A DNA stretch of 59,046 nucleotides from a virus (lineage: Duplodnaviria > Caudoviricetes), in IMG/VR virus record IMGVR_UViG_3300030329_000446, positions 1 through 59,046 of that record, one strand, 5' to 3'. Made by a program: the position numbers and the translations under genes. The number at the start of each line of letters is the position of its first letter. Position 1 is the stretch's first letter. Positions 10,610 to 21,200 of this stretch are shown in pieces. The notes under the pieces were generated by a model, which was not told the origin of the DNA, ran no database searches, and was given only the letters and a program-made list of their open reading frames with translations.

Positions 10610-10932
10610 GAGAATTAGTTCAATTTGGAACATTACTAGCTTCTTTAGCTGGTGCTTTTGCTGTTGTAAAATCTCAACTAGCTAGAGTAATACAGGATAT
10701 TAGTACTATACAAAAAGAGTTAGCTATTATTAATACTCGTATAGATCAGGCTGATGCGGATCGTGCTGTAATTAAACACCAAAATAAAATATTTGGTGGT
10801 ATCTTATCACCTTCTAATTTAGAGAAATTAAATATAAAGATAGCTGAATTACAAACAGAGATGAAAGTTGTTCATAAAAATTTAGATAAGATTCAAGATA
10901 TGCATAATGGAGCACATCCTAATATCAATTAA
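10594..10932 (+). CDS. Membrane-anchored coiled-coil protein
   Basis: N-terminal hydrophobic helix plus heptads. Confidence 0.65.
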   Translation: MEFGVRELVQFGTLLASLAGAFAVVKSQLARVIQDISTIQKELAIINTRIDQADADRAVIKHQNKIFGGILSPSNLEKLNIKIAELQTEMKVVHKNLDKIQDMHNGAHPNIN

Positions 10933-10943
10933 AGGAGAATAAT

Positions 10944-11495
10944 ATGTTTGCGTTAGTTAAAGCTGGACAGGTAATTAAAGAATTAAACGGAGGATCACCT
11001 TATATTGATGAGGATGGTACTCAATATCCTGCTAATATCTTTTCTGTTTGGTCTGTTGATGAATTAGTTGCTATTAATATTTATCCACTTAATTATACAG
11101 ATAATAACTTAGATGCTAGAACAGAAAAAGAAACTGGTTCTTATGAATATACTATTAATGATAAGTCAGTTTCTAAACTAAAAACTAAGTCAGACTTAGA
11201 TATTGATAAAGTAAAGGCTCGTGAAATTTCTTTAGTAAAGAATACTCAAAATAGTATATTAAGTTCTACGGATTGGTATTATATTAGAAAGACTGATAAG
11301 GGTACAGCTATTCCTACAGATGTACAAAATTATAGAGATGAAGTAAGGACAGCAGGAGATAAAATGGTTACAGATATTACGGCTGTAAGTAATAAAACAG
11401 GATTCCAAGCATTGTATCCTGTATGGAATGAAAATAAAGAAAATACTGGTGGAACACTAGGCATTTGGCCTTATGCAGAAGATTATAATTTATAG
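10944..11495 (+). CDS. Tail fibre assembly chaperone-like protein
   Basis: LSSTDWY..RK...AIP..VQNYRDEVR motif; AAGGAG RBS. Confidence 0.7.
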   Translation: MFALVKAGQVIKELNGGSPYIDEDGTQYPANIFSVWSVDELVAINIYPLNYTDNNLDARTEKETGSYEYTINDKSVSKLKTKSDLDIDKVKAREISLVKNTQNSILSSTDWYYIRKTDKGTAIPTDVQNYRDEVRTAGDKMVTDITAVSNKTGFQALYPVWNENKENTGGTLGIWPYAEDYNL

Positions 11496-11505
11496 GAGAT
11501 AGGAA

Positions 11506-12639
11506 ATGTCATCAACTTATACATCACGCATTAAATTAGAGCTACAAGCTGATGGCGAAAATGCTAATACTTGGGGTCAGCGTTTAAATAATAATGTCAT
11601 TCAACTCGTAGATGATGCTGTTGCAGCTTATACAACTATCTCAATAGGTAGTGCAAGCTATACTCTTACAAATAATGATGGTGCAACAGATGAAGCTAGA
11701 AGTGCTATACTAGAATTTACTGGAGTTGTATCTACTTCTATCAATGTTATTATTCCTAGTCAGTCTAAATTTTATTTAGTACGAGATAAAACTACGAGAG
11801 CAAATGATGCATCTTATGTTTTACAAACGGCTGGTAATGCAGGTATAAGTCCTGCTGTAAGTTCTCGTGGGGTTTACTTCTGTGATGGTACAAATATTCA
11901 TACCCTTAATGCTGCTGGATTAGGTTTAGGTACAGTAGCTTCTTTTGATGTAACAGATACTTCTATTGTAGGTAAAGCTGATGTTAATGGTGTTGTATCA
12001 GCAGCTACAGCTATAATAATAGATAATACTTCTACAGGTGGTGGAGCAGCCGTTAGTATTAAAGCTGGCTGGACTGTACATGGTACATCCGTAGAAGCCA
12101 GTACACACGTAGTTACTCGTGATAGTGCTACTCAAATTACGGTTAATACAGCACAGACATTAGCTGATGATACACTTTTAACATTTAAAAAGCCTGTAAG
12201 TGCTACGCAAGTACCTGATGTATCTGCTGCTGATGCTAGATATGTACGGGTATCTACGGCTGATACAATTAGAGGAGCTAAGATATACACCAGTATAGCT
12301 ACCTTTAATGGTCCTGTAGCTACTCCTGCTGTAGCTGTTTCTTATCCTGGGTCATTAACTCTAGACTTTGCTACAGGTAATACGTTTATTGTAAGTCTAT
12401 CAGCTAATAATTGTAGTGTTAATACACCGTCTAATGCTACGGCTGGTCAGTCAGGATCAATATATTTTATTCAAAATGTTTCAGGAGCACATACAGTAGC
12501 CTTTGGAAATGCATGGAGATTTCCAGAAGCTAGTGCTCCTTCTAATAGTACCTCAGTAAGTGCAGTTGATCTCGTAGTGTATAATGTACGATCAGCTACT
12601 ACTATTGATGCAATAATGTTAAAATCTTTTGGAAGATAA
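11506..12639 (+). CDS. Tail / fibre protein
   Basis: MSSTYT..IKLELQADGENANTWG N-terminus; C-terminal domain paralogous to the 3755 fibre. Confidence 0.75.
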   Translation: MSSTYTSRIKLELQADGENANTWGQRLNNNVIQLVDDAVAAYTTISIGSASYTLTNNDGATDEARSAILEFTGVVSTSINVIIPSQSKFYLVRDKTTRANDASYVLQTAGNAGISPAVSSRGVYFCDGTNIHTLNAAGLGLGTVASFDVTDTSIVGKADVNGVVSAATAIIIDNTSTGGGAAVSIKAGWTVHGTSVEASTHVVTRDSATQITVNTAQTLADDTLLTFKKPVSATQVPDVSAADARYVRVSTADTIRGAKIYTSIATFNGPVATPAVAVSYPGSLTLDFATGNTFIVSLSANNCSVNTPSNATAGQSGSIYFIQNVSGAHTVAFGNAWRFPEASAPSNSTSVSAVDLVVYNVRSATTIDAIMLKSFGR

Positions 12640-12642
12640 TAT

Positions 12643-14793
12643 ATGTCATCTATGAATTCCAAATATGTGAAGTTAAACTTCAGGCCAGGGTTTCATAGGG
12701 AAACTACGCAGTATGCTGAAGAAGGTGCGTGGTATGATGGAGATCGTGTGCGTTTTAGAGCAGGTAGGCCAGAAAATTTAAGAGGTTACTCACAGAAAAG
12801 TGATACAGCTTTCTTAGGTAATGCCAGAGATTTACTTACTTGGTCTGATAATGATACTCTAAGGCATATGGTTTTTGGTACAGACAAAAAACTATATACC
12901 TATTATACGGATGATACAATCTATGATATAACTCCTATTGTGAGTACCGTAGTTGTAGGAGCAGGAAAGATTGGTTCAACATCAGGATCAGTTATTGTTT
13001 CTGTATCTCAGGCTGCACATAATTTAAGTGAAGGAGATTATGTATTATTTACTTCTGTTTCTGATGGTAGTGGTGGAGATATTGGTGGTTTAAGTTTAGA
13101 TAATAATAACTATCCTGTATCTTTAGTTAATGTAAATAAATTTACTATTACTGCATCAGCAACAGCTACAGGAACAGATACAGGAATTGGTACACTTAAC
13201 TATCTATTACCCACTGGCACATCATCAGCTATTCAGGGGTTAGGATATGGTGCTGGTGTATATAATGCAGCATCGGCTGGAACAGCAGGGTATACAAGTG
13301 TAGCATTTTCTAATGCATTTAGTGTAGTAGGTTCTAATACAAATGTGAGTGTAGCAGAGACAGGACATAGCCACGTAGTAGGAAACTTTGTAGAATTTTA
13401 TGATGCTACAACGATTGGTGGTAATGTAGTCTTATCTTCTACGGCTCAAGGTGGACCTATATTCCAGATAACGAGTGTACAAACTAATGCTTTTAGTTTT
13501 ACCTTATCTTCTGTAGCTAATGCTACCAGTGCAGCAACAGGAACAGCTACAGGATTTTTCTTACCTGTATCTATTACGACAACAGTAGGATATAGAGCAT
13601 GGGGAGAAGAAGCTGATCAGAGTGGTATAACATTTGAAATATCACAGTGGAGTCTGGATAATTGGGGTGAAGATATAGTTGCTAATCGTAGGGGTAATGG
13701 TATATACTATTATAATGTAGATGCAAGTTCTACACCACAGAGAGCAGTATGGGTAACAGCAGGAGATGCACCTACAAATGTTAGGACTATCTTACTAGGA
13801 CCAAAGAGACAATTAATTGCATTTGGTTGTAGTGTCTATGGTGGAGATTATAGTCCAATGGCTGTACGATGGGCTGATAGTGAAGATTATAATGATTGGA
13901 CACCTGCTAGTGATAATACATCAGGAGATAACATACTTACAGATGGTACAGAAATTATAGGGGCAGTTAGATCACGTAATGCTATTAATGTATGGACAGA
14001 TAATTCTCTATGGTTAATGACATTTATTGGTGGTAATGATGTCTTTGGTTTTAAACAAATGGGTACTAACTGTGGATTGATTGCTACTCATGCAGCCGTA
14101 GACTTTGATGGTAGAACTTTCTGGATGGGAGAAGATAACTTCTATGCCTTTGATGGACAGGTTAGAAATCTAGATTGCACCGTTAAGAGATACATCTTTG
14201 ATAGGATTAATAAGACTAATAAGGATAAGATTTATGCTGGTATTAACTCAGAGTTTAAAGAAATTGTGTGGTTATATCCTTCAACAGGGCAGGATGAGTG
14301 CGATAGTTATGTTGTATTTAATCCAGTGGAAAACTATTGGGTATACGGAACAGGTTTCTGGACTACTTACTCAGATAAAAATGTCTATAATAATACCATT
14401 ACTACTGGTACATCAAGCTCTGGTAATTCTTATCTTTATGATAATGAGCCAGTAAGTATTTATACAGGGACTAATAATACAGCATTGACTTCTTACCTAG
14501 AATCTGCTACATTTGAAATAGATGATGGTTCTAGAATTATGTTTATGGATCGTATGATCCCTGACTTTACTATGGATAATAGTGGTACACTTCAGTTTAG
14601 TATTACTACTAAGCAATATCCAGCTAATACCTCAGTTACAAAAGGACCGTTTGAAATTACCCCTACAACACAAAAAGTCGATTTGAGAGCGAGAGGGAGG
14701 GAGGCTGCTGTAAGAGTATCATGTGATACGGCTGGTACTTCTTGGAGATACGGTTCTCTTCGATTAGCAGTTCAACCAGATGGGATGCGATAA
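12643..14793 (+). CDS. Tail nozzle / stabilisation protein (P22 gp10 / T7 gp12-like)
   Basis: WYDGDRVRFR, WSLDNWGED, VRWADSED motifs; beta-rich; position before ejection genes. Confidence 0.7.
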   Translation: MSSMNSKYVKLNFRPGFHRETTQYAEEGAWYDGDRVRFRAGRPENLRGYSQKSDTAFLGNARDLLTWSDNDTLRHMVFGTDKKLYTYYTDDTIYDITPIVSTVVVGAGKIGSTSGSVIVSVSQAAHNLSEGDYVLFTSVSDGSGGDIGGLSLDNNNYPVSLVNVNKFTITASATATGTDTGIGTLNYLLPTGTSSAIQGLGYGAGVYNAASAGTAGYTSVAFSNAFSVVGSNTNVSVAETGHSHVVGNFVEFYDATTIGGNVVLSSTAQGGPIFQITSVQTNAFSFTLSSVANATSAATGTATGFFLPVSITTTVGYRAWGEEADQSGITFEISQWSLDNWGEDIVANRRGNGIYYYNVDASSTPQRAVWVTAGDAPTNVRTILLGPKRQLIAFGCSVYGGDYSPMAVRWADSEDYNDWTPASDNTSGDNILTDGTEIIGAVRSRNAINVWTDNSLWLMTFIGGNDVFGFKQMGTNCGLIATHAAVDFDGRTFWMGEDNFYAFDGQVRNLDCTVKRYIFDRINKTNKDKIYAGINSEFKEIVWLYPSTGQDECDSYVVFNPVENYWVYGTGFWTTYSDKNVYNNTITTGTSSSGNSYLYDNEPVSIYTGTNNTALTSYLESATFEIDDGSRIMFMDRMIPDFTMDNSGTLQFSITTKQYPANTSVTKGPFEITPTTQKVDLRARGREAAVRVSCDTAGTSWRYGSLRLAVQPDGMR

Positions 14794-15068
14794 TGGCAAG
14801 GTATCCAGAAGTCTCAACATTTATAATGGTTGATCTGTCCAATGAAGAGAGCCGTTCAGTCTATAATGAATTACAGCTATGGAGTGGAGCTTTAATTAAT
14901 GAATTAGATACTCGTGACACAGAAGTAGATGCAGCACCAGCTACCACCGTATTAGCTGTAACAACTGTTACAAATATTGGTGCTCCTATTGCAGGTAATA
15001 TAGCTTTCTCTACTGGCGAAAGTAAATTTAAAGGATATGATGGAACTAACTGGCAGGATTTACACTAA
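14793..15068 (+). CDS. Small tail-associated protein
   Basis: Start MARYPE just after the nozzle stop; C-terminal GNIAFSTGESKFKGYDGTNW fibre-like repeat. Confidence 0.6.
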   Translation: MARYPEVSTFIMVDLSNEESRSVYNELQLWSGALINELDTRDTEVDAAPATTVLAVTTVTNIGAPIAGNIAFSTGESKFKGYDGTNWQDLH

Positions 15069-15286
15069 TGGATATGAATGAATTTTATAAATTTTTAAAT
15101 GAAAGTACTTATATTAATAATGTAAATACTGGACAGGCTATGGTTCCTAATATGTTCCAGGGTCAACAATCATTTCAACCAATGAAATCAGGTGGAAAGA
15201 TAGATACAAATGTTTATGCTAATAGTACCAAAGCACAGTCTAATTATATGAATCCTCAGAAGTTAAAGGATAAGTCATGGCAATGA
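15068..15286 (+). CDS. Hypothetical protein containing MKSGGKI
   Basis: Coupled ORF. Confidence 0.6.
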   Translation: MDMNEFYKFLNESTYINNVNTGQAMVPNMFQGQQSFQPMKSGGKIDTNVYANSTKAQSNYMNPQKLKDKSWQ

Positions 15287-15933
15287 TGAAGATGCCTCCG
15301 CTAGGGAGAATAGGACAAACAATGGGGCGTATGGGTCGTATGGGAGATACAACTCTGGTACATATGAATCCCCAAGAAATTCAAGGATTAGCTACACTTG
15401 GTAGACTAACCTATAATCCTATTACTGGTTTACCTGAAGCCTTTAACTTTAGTGAAGTAATTGAAGAAGCAGTAGAAGAAAAAGAAACAGACAGAGGTAA
15501 GCAATATTTTGTAGACTTGGTAGAAAAAATACATGAAACATTTGTTGATCCTAAACCTACAGGAATTGCAGGAGCAGTACCTCCTAGTATGCCTATACCT
15601 CAACAACCTCCAGTACCAATGCCACAACCACCTATGCCTATGCCTCAACCTCCTATGCCTCAAGGAATGGCTGGTGGTGGATATGTTGAAGGTGAAGGAC
15701 ATGGTATGGAGGACAATCAGATGTTTCCTATTCATGGAGGAGGATTAGCTGCATTATCTCCTAAAGAATATGTAGTTCCTGCTGATGTAATGGCTGGACT
15801 AGGTAATGGTAATCCTGACGATGGTGCGGAAAAGATGGATGATTTTATTTCTGACTTCCGTAAAGAAAAATATGGCAGAGATAAACAACCACCTGAGATG
15901 GATGGGAGACAACAATTAGAGAAACTTGCTTAA
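15277..15933 (+). CDS. Virion-module protein with two short domains joined by a Pro/Met linker
   Basis: GRMGDTTLVHMNPQE...NPITGLPEAF; MAGGGYVEGEGHGMED...LSPKEYVVPADV. Confidence 0.7.
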   Translation: MAMMKMPPLGRIGQTMGRMGRMGDTTLVHMNPQEIQGLATLGRLTYNPITGLPEAFNFSEVIEEAVEEKETDRGKQYFVDLVEKIHETFVDPKPTGIAGAVPPSMPIPQQPPVPMPQPPMPMPQPPMPQGMAGGGYVEGEGHGMEDNQMFPIHGGGLAALSPKEYVVPADVMAGLGNGNPDDGAEKMDDFISDFRKEKYGRDKQPPEMDGRQQLEKLA

Positions 15934-16412
15934 TGGTTATTAGGGAAGCACAATTAGCTGATATATTTGAAATTACAAATATTTTAATAGAAGAGATGTA
16001 TACAGAGGTAGGAATTGGAGAACCTTCACGATCAAAAGTATTAGACTATATTACTTTTTTATTTAATGATGGAGCATTATATGTAGCTCAGAGTAATATA
16101 GTTAAGAAAGATGGGAGTGGAACAGAGTTAGCAGGAATGACAGGTGGACATATAAGTGAGTGGTGGTGGTCGGATCAAGAATTTTTATCAGAAGATTTTA
16201 CATTTGTACGTAAACAATTTAGAAAGGGTAGACTAGCCTTAAATTTAATGAAGAAGTTAGATACCCATGCAAAGAAATTAAACATACCACTAGTAACTGG
16301 TGTATTTAATGATATAGAACATGAACGAAAAAACAAACTCTTTTCTAAATTATATAAACATTTTGGATATATTTATTTAGGTGGAGACTTAACGATGATA
16401 GGGAGAAGTTAA
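15933..16412 (+). CDS. GNAT-fold acyl/acetyltransferase (positional analogue of T7 gp13)
   Basis: IREAQLADI start and FVRKQFRKGRLALNLM acetyl-CoA motif A. Confidence 0.75.
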   Translation: MVIREAQLADIFEITNILIEEMYTEVGIGEPSRSKVLDYITFLFNDGALYVAQSNIVKKDGSGTELAGMTGGHISEWWWSDQEFLSEDFTFVRKQFRKGRLALNLMKKLDTHAKKLNIPLVTGVFNDIEHERKNKLFSKLYKHFGYIYLGGDLTMIGRS

Positions 16413-18278
16413 ATGTGTTTTGGTGGTGGTAGAAGTAAGCCTCAAGTTGTCTCAACAGGAACTCAACAGATAACTGACAAGAGTTGGGAGACACTAGAGC
16501 CATATATAAAGAATGTTCTAGAATCATCTAGGTCACGCTTTGAGGATCAACTAGCTGAAGGCTATCAGGCATTTCCTGGTGGATATGAGGGACGCTATGA
16601 AGGTCCATCAACAGAAGAACTAGCAGCTAGAGAGGGTATCCTTCAACAGGGATTATCTGGCATAGCTGGTACTGGTATGTCTTCTGCTCGTCCCTATTAT
16701 GAGTCAGGACTATCAGCCCTTACATCTTCTATGGATCAGTTTGGCCCACAACAAGCACAGCAGTACATGAATCCCTATCAACAGGCTGTGGTTGATGTAG
16801 CTAAACGTGAAGCAGTAAGACAGGCACAACCTACCTTTAGGGGTATTGGAGATCGTGCTGAAGCTGTAGGAGCTTTCGGTGGTAGTAGACAGGCAATAGC
16901 AGAAGCAGAAGCTAATCGTAATCTCCAACAGCAACTAGGTGATATTCAGACACGAGGGATGCAGTCAGCCTTTGAACAGGGACGCTCTGCTTTTGAGGCA
17001 CAGAAAGCTAGGGAAGCTGCTGGTGCTCAACGTATGTTTGCTCAAGCTCCTCAAGCATGGCAACAGGGATTACGTGAGTTAGGAGCAGTAGAAGAAGTAG
17101 GTAGGGCTAGACGAGGAGATGAACAGGCTAAGAAAGATTTTCTCTACGAACAGTTTGAGGCAGAGAAAGTATTTCCATCACAGGTATATGGTGAACATCT
17201 AGGTCATGTACGTGGGTTTCCTTATCAACCATCTATGTATAAGACTACTACTAATATGCAGCCTCGCCCTAGTATGGGAAGACAGTTACTAGGTGCTGGT
17301 ATGGGTCTTGCTAGTATGGGTAAGAATTTAGGTTTCTTTCAAAGTGGTGGACAAATTCAGGGTGGTCTTAGTGGTCTTGTTCAACGACACCAGAATAATG
17401 CTGCTATAGACTATGATAGTTTAGATGAATACCAACAACAATTATATGATATTGGTGGTTCTCCTTATATGGCTACTGAAACTGAAACACAGACAGTAAG
17501 AGAGCAACCTGCTACACCTAAACCTACTATTCCTACAAGAAGTGGTACAGATTATGATGCAATGTATCTGGCAAATTTAGATAAAGCAGGTAGTTTATAT
17601 GATGTATTAAGAGAAAAAGTTGAAAAAAGAAATGCTCCTGCTTATAAAGAAAAAAGAAAAGCTGAACTTGCTCAAGCAAGAAAAGATGCAGCATGGGATC
17701 AAGTGGGTAGGATAGGTGCAGCTATAATGGCTGCTCCTGGACATATGGATATGTTACAGTCAGCAGGACACGCCTTAAAAGAAACAGGAGCTATAGATAA
17801 ATTAGGTGAAGCGAGAAAAGAAGAAAGAAAAGGTATTAGAGAATTAGAAGATCAAGACTTAAAAACTACTAAAGAGTTAGCTGCACTTGATCTCAATACT
17901 TTAAAAATAGAAAATGAAATTATAAAAGCTGCTCAAGCTGGTGACTTAAAGAAAGCAGAACTCTTATCTAAGAGGTTTGAAAGTCAATTAAAATATGCTA
18001 ACTTTGAATTAAATAAAGCTAAATATAATAATGATATAGCTAAACTTTTAGCATCTGATCAACTGACTGCTGTGTTAGGTAGTGGAGATAAGAAACGTAT
18101 AAGAGCAATTCTTGAGCAAAATGTAGGAAAGTATGGATTATCTTCTCAAGATGTTGAAAAGATTATGAGTGAAGCAGATGAACATATTGCTTCTGCTAGA
18201 GCACTATTACCTTCTCTTCAAAGAGGAGGAACTGCTACAGGTGGAGTAGACTCTTTAGATGAACATGAGTGGAAATAA
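16413..18278 (+). CDS. DNA ejection / internal virion protein
   Basis: MCFGGG start; YMNPYQQAVVD...GAFGGSRQAIAEAE; Q/A/G-rich helices. Confidence 0.7.
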   Translation: MCFGGGRSKPQVVSTGTQQITDKSWETLEPYIKNVLESSRSRFEDQLAEGYQAFPGGYEGRYEGPSTEELAAREGILQQGLSGIAGTGMSSARPYYESGLSALTSSMDQFGPQQAQQYMNPYQQAVVDVAKREAVRQAQPTFRGIGDRAEAVGAFGGSRQAIAEAEANRNLQQQLGDIQTRGMQSAFEQGRSAFEAQKAREAAGAQRMFAQAPQAWQQGLRELGAVEEVGRARRGDEQAKKDFLYEQFEAEKVFPSQVYGEHLGHVRGFPYQPSMYKTTTNMQPRPSMGRQLLGAGMGLASMGKNLGFFQSGGQIQGGLSGLVQRHQNNAAIDYDSLDEYQQQLYDIGGSPYMATETETQTVREQPATPKPTIPTRSGTDYDAMYLANLDKAGSLYDVLREKVEKRNAPAYKEKRKAELAQARKDAAWDQVGRIGAAIMAAPGHMDMLQSAGHALKETGAIDKLGEARKEERKGIRELEDQDLKTTKELAALDLNTLKIENEIIKAAQAGDLKKAELLSKRFESQLKYANFELNKAKYNNDIAKLLASDQLTAVLGSGDKKRIRAILEQNVGKYGLSSQDVEKIMSEADEHIASARALLPSLQRGGTATGGVDSLDEHEWK

Positions 18279-18292
18279 AGGTACTATAATAT

Positions 18293-21200
18293 ATGGCTAT
18301 AAAAACTCCTACTTACGAATCACTTCAGAATGATCCTAAGTTTTTGTCAGCAGCACATCATACGCTGAACGCTCTTAGTATCCCTACTTCTGAAAATCCA
18401 CAAGAGATTGTAGATAATTTCTTAACACATCGTAGGTATTTTAATACAAATCTTGGGTCTACTATTAAACAGGGTTCACGTATTATGGACTTACCTGATC
18501 AGTATAAACAAGCCTATGCTTATGCTACAGATCAGATAGACAAGATGCCTGACTTTGGTGAGGGGTCTGCACCTCTTATGGATGGTGTATTAGATTATAG
18601 TATTGCTGGAGTAACAGACCCTACTAATTTAGTATCTATTTTAGCAGGAGCTTTTACAGCAGGGGCAGGAGGTGTGGCAGGATTTGCTGCTAAAGAGGCT
18701 GCTAAAAAAGGAATAATAAACCGTTTAAAAACAGCATTTACTAAAAATGCATTAAAGGCATATGCAGTTGAGGGTACTATTGCTGGAGCAGGAGGAGCAG
18801 CACAGGCTGCAAGAGGACAGGAAGTAGATATAGATATTGGTAGGCGTAAGGATTATGATCCCACACAGATAGCACTTCAGGGATTGGCTGAAGGAATAGT
18901 AAGTCCTGTAGCTGGTGGATTAATATCAGTAGTAGGAGGAGCTACTAAGGATGCGGTAGGTGGTTTAGCTAAAACAGTAGGGGATAATGAAGCCGTAGGT
19001 AATGCAGGACGGTGGATAAAGAATAGAATTTTACCTACTTCTTCTTTAGATGAAATCAGTCAACGTATTGTAGAGCGTAGTACAGGTGAGATGCGTCCTA
19101 TTCAGAAGGCTGCTGAAAAATTATCAATGGATATTGATGATACTTTTAAAACAGACTTTAAACCTGATGAACATACAGACTTATTGAACCTAGCTTTAGA
19201 AGGAGATACGGCAGCATTAAAAGAAGTTAAAGATATAAGCCCTAAGATGCACCAACATATTACTGACCTATGGGATTATGTAAAACAGGCACAAGAAATT
19301 GCAGGTACAGCTAAGTATGGTTCTAATTATGTTAAAGGAATTTATAAACATAATCCTAATAAGCCCTACATTAGAGATATCTTTGAAAAGTTTACGGCTA
19401 TCAATAGAGAACCCTTTGAAGAATTTATAAAGAAGTCAGAGAATAGTGGGGTATTAGATGAGTTAAGAACTTTAATTGTTAATAATAAAGATATTGCTAA
19501 ACAGGCAGGGTTTCTAGATCAGAAGGGAGAATGGATAGACTTATCTCCTGAACGTAGTGAAGAATTAATTGAGAAATTTGCTAGGCAATTATATGATCCT
19601 ATTGGTTCTGCTAAACGTAGAAAACTAGGAGTGTTAAAAAAGAAAGAGGATATTCCAGAAGTTATGCGTAAGTTATTTGGGTATAACTATGAACCTGGGG
19701 TTAGAGCTATGGAAACAGTACGAGGTATTGTTGACTCCTCTTCTAGATTTAGAATGGCTTCTTCTTTAGTAGATAGTTTACTTACCAGAGGTCAAGCAGT
19801 AAAAGCTAGAAATGCGTTAGAAGCTGAAAGTATAACAGGAGAAACAATGGTTCCCTATATTACTTCTCGTAATCCTGCTGGTGAAGCCTTTGATGAAAAT
19901 GCTGTATTTGCTATCTCTTCTAGTCCTGATGGAAAGCAAGGACTTTTAGCTCCAGAATTAAATCAAATATATGTTACAAAGTCTGAAGCTGAAAAATTAA
20001 AGATGCTTACTGATGAGTTTAATCAACCAGATTGGGGATGGTTCAAACCTTTAATAGATGTAATGGCTCCTGTGCAAGGATATTTAAAGAAGGCTAAAAC
20101 TGTTTATAATCCGTTAGCTCACATAAGAAACTTTTTAGGAATGACAGGATATACTATAGGGTCAGGTAACTATAGAGGTCTTATAGATGGAATAAAATTT
20201 CTTGGAAAGAATTGGAATGATCCTGTTAAAAGAAGAGAGATTATAGATAATATTGATAAGTTAGGATTAACGGGTAGTCAAGTAGAACTAAATCAAATCT
20301 TAAATCGTATTAATGATTTTAATAGAGTTAAAGACCCTAGTAAATTACAGAGTGGTATTGTAAATGCTATGACAGGAGGACTTCCTTGGCTTGAAAAAGC
20401 AATATCTAGAAATAAACTAGGTCGTAAGGTAGTACGTGGTGCTCAAGATATCTATGGGGGTACAGATGACTTAGGAAAGATTATGACTTTCTTTAGAGAA
20501 CAGAAACGATCTCAAGATATTTGGGATCAAATGTCTCCTGAAAGACGTAATCAATTACGTAAAGATTATGCTAATAACTTTCAAGAAAAACTTAGAGTTG
20601 AAGGAGATAATCCTAAATTACTAAAAGACTTTGATGATAAAGTTATAAGTGAAATGGCTGTTGAAAAAACAATGAATATTGTACCTGTCTATTCTCGTAT
20701 TCCTAAAATACTAGAACGTATGAGAGGTGTTCCAATAATAGGTTCCTTTACTGCCTTTCCTGCTGAGAACCTGAGAAATAAATATAAACTATTTCAATTA
20801 GCTGGTAATGAAATTAGAGAAGGAATGGATACAGGTAATAAAGCTCTGGTAAAAGCAGGAACTAATAGATTAGTATCTCAACTAGGAGTCGCATCTGCTC
20901 CTTCTATTATAGCTGCTACCTATAACTCGTTAAATGGTACTGAGGGTGTAGCTGATGCTATGGCTACGAGTTTACCTGATTGGGAAAAAGATCATGCTAT
21001 TGTAGTACGTAAGGATAAGGATGGTAATTTTAAATATACTGATTTAAGTTATAACAATCCTGATCAATATGTACTTGATTTTATTATGCCTTTTATGCAT
21101 GAGGTAGCCAGTGGTAGAGATGTGAAAGAATCACTTGATGAAAAGTTTATGGAAATTTTAAGAAGGCAAGCCAAAGTTTTTGCTGACCCATCATTAGCTA

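Noticed and set aside
6043-12639. Diversity-generating retroelement acting on fibres
   Set aside because: No reverse transcriptase, and no near-identical repeat pair differing only at adenines was seen
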